Below are positions 53,801 to 63,940 of a stretch of DNA of 64,000 bases, piece after piece. Under the pieces are notes generated by a model. It saw only the letters and a program-made list of their open reading frames with translations. It did no database searches and was not told the origin of the DNA. Numbering within the stretch: position 1 is the first letter of the stretch; each line of letters starts with the position of its first letter. Origin of the DNA: a virus; IMG/VR virus record IMGVR_UViG_3300042691_036206, positions 2,655 through 66,654 of that record; one strand, written 5' to 3'. A program made the position numbers and the translations under genes.

Positions 53801-54286
53801 CTAAATTTTCGGCATTTTGCTTCGAAGCCGATCCAGCGCTTTCTTCACGCCCTCGGCAAAGCCCCTCCGCATCTCTTCCAGTGCCGCTTCCTTGTTCGTT
53901 TCAAACGTCTGGCGAATAAATGGATTGGGCGGAACGTGCCCGATAACCTCCCTGTCCATCTTCTTTCCATGACTCTTCAGCGTATGGCCTTCTTCAACCC
54001 ACCTCGCATAAAAAGCTCCCGTGATACCCGCAGCCGCTTCCTGTCGTGTGCCTCTCCGGCGCTTTGCCTTGATGCTCTTTTTCAAAGTTCCCGGCAGATA
54101 CTTCGCCATTCTCCCGCCCTTCGGCGGGTACCCCGAGGAGATGGGCGCCGCGTCTTTGATCTTGTCCCGAAGGAGCTGAGCCCCGCGAAATAGACCCGTC
54201 CTGAGAGACGTTTTCTCAATGTTGCCGGGTAGGTCTTTAAGCGCCGCTAAAAGATCGTCGAGCCCTTTAACGAAATCGTCTGCCAT
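53801..54286 (-). CDS. HK97 gp10-like tail component
   Basis: VKGLDDL...GTLKKSI...AFYARWVEEG...PPNPFIRQTF. Confidence 0.88.
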   Translation of the reverse strand: MADDFVKGLDDLLAALKDLPGNIEKTSLRTGLFRGAQLLRDKIKDAAPISSGYPPKGGRMAKYLPGTLKKSIKAKRRRGTRQEAAAGITGAFYARWVEEGHTLKSHGKKMDREVIGHVPPNPFIRQTFETNKEAALEEMRRGFAEGVKKALDRLRSKMPKI

Positions 54287-54290
54287 ACCG

Positions 54291-54611
54291 TCAGTAGACC
54301 ACCTCCGCCGTCACATCGAGTTCGTCCTGGTAGCCCACCTCCGCGATGCCCGTGATTCTCCACGTCTGGTTGTCCCAGACGATCACCATCGTCGGCGTGA
54401 TGTCATCCCGCCAGTAGATCCGGAAGTTCCCTGTCCGGAGGGAGTGCTTCGCCGCGGATTGGTTTCGCTCGTCCATTCTCAGGGGCCGGAAATCAGCCCA
54501 CACCCTCGCCACCGTGGCGTAAGTCTTGTCGAGACTGCCCGAGGTGTTCGTCTCCGTCACCGACTTCAGCGTGATGAGTCGGTTCTTTTTCCCAGGATCC
54601 CCACCCATCAC
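54291..54611 (-). CDS. head closure protein
   Basis: GKKNRLITL...VWA...FRIYWRDDITPTM. Confidence 0.85.
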   Translation of the reverse strand: MMGGDPGKKNRLITLKSVTETNTSGSLDKTYATVARVWADFRPLRMDERNQSAAKHSLRTGNFRIYWRDDITPTMVIVWDNQTWRITGIAEVGYQDELDVTAEVVY

Positions 54612-55195
54612 GCCCTCCAGAGCTTGTAGGCGTCGATCACGTACTGGAGTGTTTTCGGAACATCAGTCATCGTGCCGTTCACAACCGGCGTTCTCGTCGT
54701 GTAGGCGTGGGCCGCAAGGAAGAAGACTCCCAGGCGGATGCCCTCGGGGATGTCCTCGTACGTGTCCCCGTACCCAGCGACAAAGGTGACCTGAACAGCG
54801 TTAGGCCTTCCCGTCTGCGTGGAGGGAAAAAGGTAATTCGGCGCGACTGTCACCCTCGGGAAGTGGCTCGTGAGATCCATAATGTACTCCTCGTCGTCCC
54901 AAGTCTGAAGCACGCCCGCGGTGTCGAAGTATTTGATGTGGGTAATCTCCTCCGCCGGGGCGAAGGGAAGCTCGATGCCGCAAGGGTCCGCCGACGCTGG
55001 AAACGCCGGGAGGTCGAGTCGAAAGCTCCGAGAAATGAGCCTCCGGTTCGTCTTGATCTCGAACAACTGGCCCGCAGCCTTGGCGTACAGCTCAATCGTG
55101 GCGTCTTCGTTGTTCGTCGTGACGCGAAGGTGTCCTTTCAACTCTTCAAGGTCGACCGGCGCCGCCGTGGGTGCCTCAAGCTCAATCCAAGACAT
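54608..55195 (-). CDS. head-tail connector (gp6-like)
   Basis: PVDLEELKGHLRV...AVQVTFVAGYG...IPEGIR. Confidence 0.88.
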   Translation of the reverse strand: MSWIELEAPTAAPVDLEELKGHLRVTTNNEDATIELYAKAAGQLFEIKTNRRLISRSFRLDLPAFPASADPCGIELPFAPAEEITHIKYFDTAGVLQTWDDEEYIMDLTSHFPRVTVAPNYLFPSTQTGRPNAVQVTFVAGYGDTYEDIPEGIRLGVFFLAAHAYTTRTPVVNGTMTDVPKTLQYVIDAYKLWRA

Positions 55196-55265
55196 CGGCC
55201 TCCAAATGGAAAAATGGGCGACGGCACCCGAAGAGCACCGTCGCCGTTACTGCGAAACCCGTCGC

Positions 55266-55733
55266 TTAGATTGCGGCAGGTTGTGTCAAGCCGCCAAAGC
55301 GAGGACCTGACAAGAGCGCGATCACGCATCCGTTAACTGGGTCGTTCGCGGCCTCGGTGGCTTTGAGGTGCACCCACGGCTTGCCGTCGGGCAGCTCGGA
55401 CGAGAGTACCTCGATCTCATAGATGCTGTCCTGGTTCGCGGTGGTGTCGAACCCGGTGTCGGCCACGGCTGTGACGGACCCGAGTGTGTCGCTCGTACCG
55501 GTCGTCATTTTGCGGTAGCGGAACGGGAGCGCCACGGCCCCCGTGCGGGCGTCGTCGCTCGACGCGAGCACCGTCACGGTCGCCTTACCGGTCGTCCCGC
55601 CTTCCTGGTACACCAGGAACGTGAGCCGGTTGTGGTTTTTCAGGTTGATGGAATCGGTGACGGGGTCCGTGTTCCATCGATCTGCTGCCGGAGCCAGTGC
55701 CTTGATGGGCTTTGCTGTAAATTCACTCAACAT
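55266..55733 (-). CDS. capsid-associated / decoration-like protein
   Basis: Beta-rich 155-aa protein directly after the MCP. Confidence 0.6.
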   Translation of the reverse strand: MLSEFTAKPIKALAPAADRWNTDPVTDSINLKNHNRLTFLVYQEGGTTGKATVTVLASSDDARTGAVALPFRYRKMTTGTSDTLGSVTAVADTGFDTTANQDSIYEIEVLSSELPDGKPWVHLKATEAANDPVNGCVIALLSGPRFGGLTQPAAI

Positions 55734-55814
55734 ATTTCCTCTTAAAAATCTCCTTTCGTGTTCTCTGTACTGGCAGAGCGGGGGCAAAACATAACCCCCG
55801 ATTCCGCCAATTCA

Positions 55815-57179
55815 CTAACTTCGGGTTGCAACTACGACATACGGGCTGAGCGTGGCCGACCCCTTAAACGGCGTCAGACCAACTCTCCACGATGGCTGTC
55901 CGTCCACGCGGTACGTGAACTTGAAACAGTTCTCGTCGTAGAGGAACCGGACATGAACCGACTGAGCCGATTTGATTCCACCCTTGTCGATCGCAATGTA
56001 TGACTGCGTATCGACGAGGATGATGTCGTTCACGGTCCCCAGCGCTGCACAGTGCTCACTGGCGAACGCAGGAATGCCGAGAATCGTGTTCACCGGAATG
56101 CCGCTGGCAACGTTCCCCGTGACCCCACCCTGAATCATTGCCGGGTAGCTGTTCGATCCGACCGTAATGGCGAGCGTCATGAGCTGCGCCTTACAAGCCT
56201 GGTTGTACAGCCAGACGCAGCCCGGAAGATTTGCTTCCGGTACGCGAGCCAGCATGTTTGCCAGGTTGTTAACGGTGATCGTAGCAGCCACTTGTGAGGT
56301 GTCCTTGGCCACCGACACGAGAGCGCCACTGTTTAGAACGCCTAAAGGCTTTCCGGAACCATCGCCGTTGATGAAGGCATCGTCGAGCTTAAACGCGAAC
56401 TCACGCTGGAACGCCTGGGTAACCCACGAGCCGAGCACGCCAGCATCCTGGAGCAACTCATCAGTGATGTACGCCGCACCAATGAGCTTCTTCAAGTTCA
56501 GCTCCATGAGCCCGAACTTGCCCTTGCTCGCCGTATAGGTTGCTGCTTCCTCTTCCCAGTACGCTTGAATGCCGCCCTGACGCGAACCGTCAGCCCGCGA
56601 AGACTCGTCCACGTACGGGATCTTGATGCCGTTGGCGCCACTGGTCAGGCCGTAACGCTTCACTCGGCTCGAAAACGGAGCCAAGAGGTATGCCTTGTCC
56701 AGAATCTCGGACGCGAAATCCGTGATGACCAATGCACCACCATCGGCAGCGACGGTCTCATTGTGACCAGAGGCCGCACGGGTTATCTTGTTTGCAAGAT
56801 CAACACGCTTCCGCACCTCGGCAGTACTCGCGGAGTAGGGGTCTTTCGCAAGGGCCGCAACGTCGCGGAGCTGGGCTCCGAACGATGGGTAAACGATACA
56901 CTTTCCGTCATCGTCGCAGCCTTCTTCACGAGTAACCTTGATCGACGCTCCTGCGTTGACCGGCTCAGTCGTTGCCTTGCTGCGTTCCTCGCTCAGCTTC
57001 TCCAACCGCTCAGCCGCGGAGATTGAACGCTTAAGGTTCTCGACTTCCTTCTCAATGCCCTCAAACTTCGCAAGCTCATCTTCTGAAAGACCTCGATTCT
57101 CCTTCTTTGCTTCTGCCGCAATGTCATCCATCCGACCGATGGCGCCTGCGAGAAGTTTCCTAAGTTCCTGAATATCCAC
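55815..57179 (-). CDS. HK97-fold major capsid protein
   Basis: Coiled-coil delta domain, DGGALV, ITDELLQD, FINGDGSGKPLGVLN, FKFTYRVDG. Confidence 0.95.
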   Translation of the reverse strand: MDIQELRKLLAGAIGRMDDIAAEAKKENRGLSEDELAKFEGIEKEVENLKRSISAAERLEKLSEERSKATTEPVNAGASIKVTREEGCDDDGKCIVYPSFGAQLRDVAALAKDPYSASTAEVRKRVDLANKITRAASGHNETVAADGGALVITDFASEILDKAYLLAPFSSRVKRYGLTSGANGIKIPYVDESSRADGSRQGGIQAYWEEEAATYTASKGKFGLMELNLKKLIGAAYITDELLQDAGVLGSWVTQAFQREFAFKLDDAFINGDGSGKPLGVLNSGALVSVAKDTSQVAATITVNNLANMLARVPEANLPGCVWLYNQACKAQLMTLAITVGSNSYPAMIQGGVTGNVASGIPVNTILGIPAFASEHCAALGTVNDIILVDTQSYIAIDKGGIKSAQSVHVRFLYDENCFKFTYRVDGQPSWRVGLTPFKGSATLSPYVVVATRS

Positions 57180-57361
57180 TTTTCCTCATTACATACACGA
57201 ATAGACGTTTCCCTCCGTAGTCACGGGGGTTCTTTGGGTACAACTCTGCTAATGCGTTGGGTAACGTGAGACGGCCGTCGGGCCGTTGGTTGGTTACGTG
57301 CTGCGGTGCTGTGTTCGACGGAACACGCGGGGCCGCAGCGCCTAAAGTGATGGTGCCAGAG

Positions 57362-58018
57362 TTAGAGAGAGGCTCGCAAGGTGCGAACTTTCAAGAGATA
57401 GGGCTCAGGGGAAATGATGGTGATCGGCTCGGTGGGCCTGTTGCGATCTTCCCACTCCTTCTTCGCGGCGAGGTACGCCGAAGCTGAAGGATCGTCTTTT
57501 TCTGATCGAACACCGACCGACGTCTCTTCGTAAGCAGGGAAAAGAACCGGGCCGGCTTCAAACAGTTCGACTTCCATGATGACGCGCTTATCGAGTTCGC
57601 CCTTCTTCTCGGCGAACGTCCACTCCTCTCGCGTGATCGTGAACATGAAGGACTGACCGACAACATCCCCGCGGCGAATGTACTCGACGACATCGCGACC
57701 GACTTGAGTATCGGGCGGCGTGACCTCGATCCAGAGGCCACGCTCGTCCTCTTTGAGCGTCATAGTCTGGCCTGACGTGCTCCCGAGAACGTAATTTACG
57801 TCGTGATTGAAGAGCGAAACGACCCGCTTTCCAGAATCGATACTGCTCTTAAATGCCCCACGGGCGATTGACTCCTTAAAGCTGCCGTACCACCCTCGGA
57901 TTTCGGTCTCAGCATCGAAAAGAGCGGCGTATCCCTGGATCTTGGGAGAGGAATCATCCTCGCGAGTCTCAAGCTTTACCGGCTCAAGTAAGCTTCGTTT
58001 CTCACGCCGCACAACCAT
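57362..58018 (-). CDS. HK97-family prohead protease
   Basis: GYAALFD...FKESIARGAF, LFNHD, LKEDERGL, SFMF, FPAYEET. Confidence 0.93.
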   Translation of the reverse strand: MVVRREKRSLLEPVKLETREDDSSPKIQGYAALFDAETEIRGWYGSFKESIARGAFKSSIDSGKRVVSLFNHDVNYVLGSTSGQTMTLKEDERGLWIEVTPPDTQVGRDVVEYIRRGDVVGQSFMFTITREEWTFAEKKGELDKRVIMEVELFEAGPVLFPAYEETSVGVRSEKDDPSASAYLAAKKEWEDRNRPTEPITIISPEPYLLKVRTLRASL

Positions 58019-58019
58019 A

Positions 58020-58661
58020 CTACGCAGCTCCCTTAATGATTCCCGCACTGACAAGCGCTGTTCGGAGGCCATTGGCGAGCGTCTCGACCGCCTGTACTGC
58101 GGCAAGAACCGCGGCTGCGTCCACCGTATCCGATCCCGTGAGGTCCGTACTCGGCGTCACTGCGGCTTGAGCGGCACCTGCCGGTTGAACAACCGGCGTG
58201 GCGTCCCAGAATCCCAGTTTCTGATCGGTTCCGGTGCCAATCTTGCTGCCGGTCGTCGTGCCGAGTGAAAGATCTTCGGAATCTGCCAACGTGAGCGCAA
58301 TCGACTCGGAATATTTGATGCGGCCTGCGCTGTCAATGCAATGAAAGCCTTGGCCAGCGACGTACTGGAGAGTCTCACCGGCAGCGAGGGTCCCGACCCA
58401 GAGTTTGCGAGTACTCGCACCATCCACGAAATTGATCGTCAGTGTGGCCGAAGCGTTATCAGCATTGTGAATCGACATGAGTTCTACAGAGAAAAACTCG
58501 CTCACTGGCGCAGGGACTATCGTCGCTGCGGTGTTAGATAGTGTCCCATTGCTCGCCCTGCGGTTCGGTCCCGAGCTGTACGCTGTCAGGTACGTTGGCG
58601 CTGGTGTTGCGACATCCGCTAGAACCGCTGTAATGGTCTGTGAGGAAGTTACTAGATACAT
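58020..58661 (-). CDS. virion structural/decoration-like protein
   Basis: Beta-rich N-terminus; QKLGFWDATPVVQP and LRTALVSAGII C-terminus. Confidence 0.6.
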   Translation of the reverse strand: MYLVTSSQTITAVLADVATPAPTYLTAYSSGPNRRASNGTLSNTAATIVPAPVSEFFSVELMSIHNADNASATLTINFVDGASTRKLWVGTLAAGETLQYVAGQGFHCIDSAGRIKYSESIALTLADSEDLSLGTTTGSKIGTGTDQKLGFWDATPVVQPAGAAQAAVTPSTDLTGSDTVDAAAVLAAVQAVETLANGLRTALVSAGIIKGAA

Positions 58662-58667
58662 ACGCTC

Positions 58668-61541
58668 CTATGCCGCTTCAATTAGATCGTTTCCACTGTA
58701 CCCCAAAAGTCGCTCCGCCCAATAGATGGCAAGTTCGTCCTCACGGTGGTTGTACCCACTGGCCGGTTCTGCCTTCCATGCGTCTACGCGATCACGAATG
58801 CTCATACGATACTCATCAAGCATGACGGGAAGCACGAGATCGACATCCAGGCCCCTGAGCGAGCAGTATGCACGCGCCATTTCTCGCAAGCATTCAGCGG
58901 AGTATGCACGATGGTCGGTGACAAACTCGTCGAACCACGGGTCAAAGTCGTCGCCCTTCTTCCGGGCCGCCGCCTTGACCGCATTTATCTCCTTTCTAAC
59001 GACCCGCTGCCAGGTCTCCAGAAAAGCGCCTCGAAATGCGTCATTTACACGAGATTTCTCGTCTTTTTCGGGCTTTTCTTCGGTTTTGGGGGCGTTTTGT
59101 GCCGGTTTTTGTGCCGGTTCCTGAGGGTCTTTTCCTTCCTCGCCAGCCGGAACCATGTTCATTGGAGACAGGTAAATGTCGCCTTCCGGACCGATCGGAT
59201 TCATGTCTTCTAGCCCACGTACGTCATTCTTGCTGAGATAGCCCCACTGAATGCCCTGGCTGTAGAACTGCGAACGGGCGGCAGAATCTCCTCTGAGGAG
59301 AGCGTTCGCCACATGCTTCACGAAGTACCGCTCATCGTCCCCATCGAGAAGATCCCGAACGATGGCCTGCTCCCATCGCTCCATCCAAGGGCGAAGGCAG
59401 TAGGTCAGGAACTCCTGAGACTGCGTTTCGATATTTGAGTTATGAACGACCACACCGTTTGCAATAAATGAATGAGTCTCTTCAACTTCCAGGTCGTAAA
59501 CCAGTTCAGGGGTTTCCGATTCCTCGATCTCTTGAATAAGATGGATACTCAGACCATCACCAATGTCGCTCTGCCGTTGCTCGCAAGGATCCATTGGATT
59601 CTCGCGCCAATGACGCTTCTTTAAAGCTCGTACTACTCGCCTTGTATACTCAGGCGTATGGGTTCCAAGAAGTATCGCATCCGCCGGGCCGCTCAGCTGT
59701 AGAATATGCAGAATGTGCGTGTAAGCCTTGCCGTTGAAGGCGCTATCAACTTCCGACTCAAAGATATTTGCCACGCCTAGTCCAACAGAGATCGCTAAAT
59801 GGCGAATCTGAGACATCATGGACTTATTAACTGAGCAGAACCGCACTCTTCCACTCGGCGAAACGGTACCATCTGCGTCGAGGTATCCTCTGAGAAACGC
59901 CAACTTCAGCTTACGGTTGAGCTTAAATACCCAAGCCGGTACGCGCTTGGTATGACTGGTGCCAATCATTCCAAGCTCTTCCAGCTCCCTATAAGCCAAT
60001 CCAGACCAAAATGTTGTGGTGTTTTTGTCGCGTAGGGAATGAGTAATCGGGGCAGTCTCCGCATACCGCTGCCCATACGGGCCGCAGTACTGCCGAAATT
60101 CCGCTTCGACTGCCCGGACGTAGTATGGCATATACGAAGCGTTCTCAGCATGCGAGATGCCGAAACCTCCAGGCCCCTTTTTGCTCTTGAAGAAGAAACC
60201 GTCACCGAGCAACATGCCCAGTACTTCCATGAACTGCTCTGTCACGACCTCCCGAGTAGGGCAACTTGCAATATCCTCGTCGGGCAAACACTCCGCTCCT
60301 ACGAGATAGTCCCCGGTTTCGATCTCACCTGCCGGGACGTATTCCAACTCCCATCCCCGGCGATACTTCTTGCCTTCAATCGTGAGGTATTTGCCCTGCC
60401 CACCTTCATATTGCAAATGAACTTCGCGGCGTACGAGTAGACGATGCCGAGCGTTACATCTGACGGTTCGCCCGCGTGCGTGGAAAGTCAGTACCTTGTC
60501 TTCGCCTGAACACGCAGACCTCAATACTCGTGATTTCTTCCATCCGCCCTTTGGATCAAGGCTCCAAACCAGGTCCCCAGCCTTCACACTTGCAATCGAT
60601 ACCGGCCCGTTCTCGGTAAATACTTCCTGATCGGCTGGCAGGCAAAACGTCGATCTCGTCAAATCCCCGAGCAGATGCGGCGGAACGCCGTAGATTCGCG
60701 CAATTTCTTCGACACTAAAGCGCCGTTGCTCAAGGAACTGGGCGTCCGCCTGCGGAATGCCCATCGGTTTCCACTTGACGTTAGCCTCAAGGACCGCGAC
60801 CTTCTTACCGCGATTCTTTCCACCATGGAGCTTTTCCCAGCTAGTGCGAAGGTTTTCCCTCGCCTCGTCTGGCATCGCGCCTTCGTATTCCAGCACGCCG
60901 GTCGGGAACGCTCCACTTGAAAAGAAGTTGGTACCGAAGCTCTCTAGGGCCAGGCCCGCCTCGATGGCCTTACGGGCCGCAGCAATTACCGAAATGCCTT
61001 CCAGGCCGCCATCGCGAAAACCGCGAACATGAAGCACCTCGTCACCAGGCAGGATGACCGTCTCACCGTTGTCGGCCTTCACCTCGTACACGATCTCGCC
61101 GTTCTTCATCTTCGGCGTGACCCGTGAAGGGTGCATCGGAATAAGCTCCAGTGGATCACCCTCCATGTTTCTCAGGATCTGGGCGTAGCCGTTCCCCCAA
61201 AGAAGCATGTGCCCGGTCAGCATCTCCCGGAACTCGAAACTCGTCGTCTTTCGCTTGTTGGGCGTGGTCTTTAGAATCTTGTAGAGCGGGTGCCGTACCG
61301 CCTTATCCTTGCCACCGTCCTTCTGGCGCTTGTAGGTGATGAGTGGCAGCCCCGCGAGGTTGCCCGCAATGACCCGCACCGCCGCAAAGACTGGCGTGAA
61401 GCAGAGTGCCGTATCCGGTGTAATGGGCATTTCACCGTCGGAGATGTAACCCCACGGGAACGCAAAAAACTTGTCGTCCGGAATGATGGCCGCACTGCGC
61501 TTCTTAGAGATAAAAGGAATGCGAAAACTGGGTAGCTTCAT
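58668..61541 (-). CDS. HK97-family portal protein containing an intein
   Basis: VFAAVRVIA..LAGLP, LLWGNGY, EVLHVRG, DAQFLEQR..SVEEIARIYGVPPHLLG. Confidence 0.95.
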   Translation of the reverse strand: MKLPSFRIPFISKKRSAAIIPDDKFFAFPWGYISDGEMPITPDTALCFTPVFAAVRVIAGNLAGLPLITYKRQKDGGKDKAVRHPLYKILKTTPNKRKTTSFEFREMLTGHMLLWGNGYAQILRNMEGDPLELIPMHPSRVTPKMKNGEIVYEVKADNGETVILPGDEVLHVRGFRDGGLEGISVIAAARKAIEAGLALESFGTNFFSSGAFPTGVLEYEGAMPDEARENLRTSWEKLHGGKNRGKKVAVLEANVKWKPMGIPQADAQFLEQRRFSVEEIARIYGVPPHLLGDLTRSTFCLPADQEVFTENGPVSIASVKAGDLVWSLDPKGGWKKSRVLRSACSGEDKVLTFHARGRTVRCNARHRLLVRREVHLQYEGGQGKYLTIEGKKYRRGWELEYVPAGEIETGDYLVGAECLPDEDIASCPTREVVTEQFMEVLGMLLGDGFFFKSKKGPGGFGISHAENASYMPYYVRAVEAEFRQYCGPYGQRYAETAPITHSLRDKNTTTFWSGLAYRELEELGMIGTSHTKRVPAWVFKLNRKLKLAFLRGYLDADGTVSPSGRVRFCSVNKSMMSQIRHLAISVGLGVANIFESEVDSAFNGKAYTHILHILQLSGPADAILLGTHTPEYTRRVVRALKKRHWRENPMDPCEQRQSDIGDGLSIHLIQEIEESETPELVYDLEVEETHSFIANGVVVHNSNIETQSQEFLTYCLRPWMERWEQAIVRDLLDGDDERYFVKHVANALLRGDSAARSQFYSQGIQWGYLSKNDVRGLEDMNPIGPEGDIYLSPMNMVPAGEEGKDPQEPAQKPAQNAPKTEEKPEKDEKSRVNDAFRGAFLETWQRVVRKEINAVKAAARKKGDDFDPWFDEFVTDHRAYSAECLREMARAYCSLRGLDVDLVLPVMLDEYRMSIRDRVDAWKAEPASGYNHREDELAIYWAERLLGYSGNDLIEAA
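59439..60644 (-). mobile_element. intein (402 aa) with LAGLIDADG homing endonuclease
   Basis: F/CLPADQEV N-junction; VYDLEVEETHSFIANGVVVHN/S C-junction; LGMLLGDG and LRGYLDADG. Confidence 0.95.
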
Positions 61542-61685
61542 CCCGCGACGTGAAAACTAGGGTTGTCAATCGACATTCTGGCACAAGTGAGCGGGCTGGC
61601 GATAGCCAGACAGTGAGGGCCGTATAGGAGGAGAAATGGTTCGCAGAAAATGAGCGAGTTTCGTGCGATGATCCTGTCTTGACTG

Positions 61686-63467
61686 TCAGACACTTAGAAT
61701 CCCCCTCGTGAGGTAGGGGTTGATCGGCTTCGGAGGTTGGACCATCGCCCGGCCCAGGCCCATTATTACGGCCGTGATGATGTCAATCTTGTCGGCACTG
61801 GCATCCTTGTCGGGGGCGATCATGTTGTTCCGAGACTTCGCCACGGCGTTGGCGGCCTGCCATCGAACAATCGGGTGCCCGTCGTGATGAATGCGACGCA
61901 GCTTGATTAGCTCCAGGAGTTCACGGTACGGCGCGTTCATCGACATGATGGTCTGAGGGAAGGCGACTACCCTCTTCTCACCGAAATGCTTGATGAGGTT
62001 CGTCGCCGTCTGATGTCCTTGAAAGCCCCGGTCGATCGCTATTTCGAGAAAGGAGTAGAGGTTTGCGAGCTGGGCAATGTCGTCGACCACGGTGTCGTAA
62101 TCGACCACATCCCCCGGTGTCGTCTTCACGAAACCCATCCGGCGCCAGAAGGCGATCTTCTGTTCCATCGCCTCGTCACGCTTCACAGGATGCTCCGGTA
62201 GCCAGAGCCGGGCCAGAAAGGTGTAACTGCGACGAATCAGCTTCCGGCTTTCCTCTCCGTCCTTTTCCTTCAGCTCGATGACCTCCTCATCGTCATGCGG
62301 GAACAGAAGAGCGAACGCCGTGAAGTCACTGGTCGCTCCAATGTCCAAGGCCCCGAAGCAATCCCGCTTGAGAAGGGCCTCAGTGTCGATTTCCCTCTTG
62401 CAAGCGTCCCACCGGTCCATCGGAATGGCACGGGTGACGCCCTCCGTCCACAGGCAGAAGTTGAGACGCTTGACGATTCCCTCCTTCGAGGGCATCCCCT
62501 TCGCTTCAGTGAGCTGTTCCCGGATGTAGGACCGGGGCAGAATGGTGTCGATCCCAGGATTCGCTTTCTCCCAACACGCCTCGTCTTCCCAGTTGTCGCA
62601 GTCAGGACAGCCATCCTTCGGCTGAATCTGCCCTTCCGCCCGGCACTTCTCGCACGGGTCAAGCTGACAGACGTAGGCGAACCAGGCGTCGTTCTCGACA
62701 TGCCCTTCCACCACCTTGGAAGAGTAGTCGTGATGGTGCCAGCAAACGGAGTTCCTGTCGTGCCCGGAGTTGGTGATCTCAAAAATGAGGGCCTGCTTGC
62801 GATTCTTGGTCCCCGCCCGAAGTTTGTCCACTACATGCGGAGTCGGGTGCTCGTGAACCTCATCAATCAATGCCATATGCGGGCGGGGGCCGGAAAGCTG
62901 ATTGTGCTCGCTACTGACCGGGCGAAAGAACGAGTCAGTCTTCAGGTACGCGATGTTGTGCTGGCCGACATTCAGCCGCGACCGCAGGGCCGGGGATGCT
63001 TCAGCCATTCGTCGGGCGTCACGAAAGAGGATCCCAGCCTGAAAGGATGTAGTCGCAGCGGAGTATATTTCGGCGGCAACTTCCCCGTCCGCGGTCATCC
63101 CGTAAAGACCGATGCCGCCGGCCAGAGGAGACTTGCCCGAACCCTTCCCCATCTCGATGTAGGCGGTTCGAAAACGGCGGGTACCGTCGGCCTTCTTCCA
63201 GCCGAAGATGCTTCCGATGATGAACTTCTGAAATGGCTCAAGGTTGAACGCCTTACCGTCAAGCTCTCCGTCTGCTGGGAGTCGAAGGTGGGAGAAGAAC
63301 TCGAATACACGAGCTGCCGCGTCATGGTCAAAGTACAATCCGCGTTCGTGACCACGTTCGAGATCGTCAAGATGTCGCTTGCATGCCAGCCGAACGAGTC
63401 GACCAGCGACGATATCGCCCGCAAGGACAGCTCGGGCATAACCTTCAACAGGGCATTCAACCGACAC
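61686..63467 (-). CDS. terL: terminase large subunit
   Basis: LEPFQKFI, MGKGSGKS Walker A, LIDEVHEH, ITNSG, ALDIGATSDFTA, KIDIITA. Confidence 0.95.
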   Translation of the reverse strand: MSVECPVEGYARAVLAGDIVAGRLVRLACKRHLDDLERGHERGLYFDHDAAARVFEFFSHLRLPADGELDGKAFNLEPFQKFIIGSIFGWKKADGTRRFRTAYIEMGKGSGKSPLAGGIGLYGMTADGEVAAEIYSAATTSFQAGILFRDARRMAEASPALRSRLNVGQHNIAYLKTDSFFRPVSSEHNQLSGPRPHMALIDEVHEHPTPHVVDKLRAGTKNRKQALIFEITNSGHDRNSVCWHHHDYSSKVVEGHVENDAWFAYVCQLDPCEKCRAEGQIQPKDGCPDCDNWEDEACWEKANPGIDTILPRSYIREQLTEAKGMPSKEGIVKRLNFCLWTEGVTRAIPMDRWDACKREIDTEALLKRDCFGALDIGATSDFTAFALLFPHDDEEVIELKEKDGEESRKLIRRSYTFLARLWLPEHPVKRDEAMEQKIAFWRRMGFVKTTPGDVVDYDTVVDDIAQLANLYSFLEIAIDRGFQGHQTATNLIKHFGEKRVVAFPQTIMSMNAPYRELLELIKLRRIHHDGHPIVRWQAANAVAKSRNNMIAPDKDASADKIDIITAVIMGLGRAMVQPPKPINPYLTRGILSV

Positions 63468-63469
63468 AC

Positions 63470-63940
63470 CTAGTTACCACCCTCCAAAAACGCGTCGAAG
63501 GGATCCTTCTCGTCCTTCGTTCCCTTGATCTTGATTCGGGAGCGGGACGACGGGTCTAGCCCGAACATCGCCGAATACATCTTCATTGTAGTCCAGGCCG
63601 AGCGTTGCTGAGCCACGGCCGGGTGGGGAGTGAGGTAACCGGTCTCCGTCGCCTTCGTCCTGCCTTCAGCCTGAAGCGTCTCAGTCGAGAGCTTGAACTC
63701 GGCGTATGCCTGGCAGTAGGCCGCGAGCGCGTCACCGTCCACTGAAGTGAGAATCCCGAGGCGAATCAGTTCTGGAGCCAGCATGGCCCATTTCGCCTTC
63801 GCCTCATCGTCGAGCCAGGTCGGGCAGACCGGTGGCGTCGTGTCGGGCTGGGGCTCCTGGTCGTTAATAGCTCGCTTGCCCGGATTGCCCAGCAATTTCG
63901 TAAGGTTTGATGGTCGTGGTGCAGGTCCTCTTAATCCCAT
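63470..63940 (-). CDS. terS: terminase small subunit, P27 family
   Basis: RGPAPRP...GNPGKR...P.WLDDEAK..W...YCQAY...HPAV...FGLDPSSRSRI. Confidence 0.95.
   Translation of the reverse strand: MGLRGPAPRPSNLTKLLGNPGKRAINDQEPQPDTTPPVCPTWLDDEAKAKWAMLAPELIRLGILTSVDGDALAAYCQAYAEFKLSTETLQAEGRTKATETGYLTPHPAVAQQRSAWTTMKMYSAMFGLDPSSRSRIKIKGTKDEKDPFDAFLEGGN

Noticed and set aside
62295-63473. 392-aa plus-strand ORF
   Set aside because: Antisense shadow of terL, as expected in GC-rich DNA
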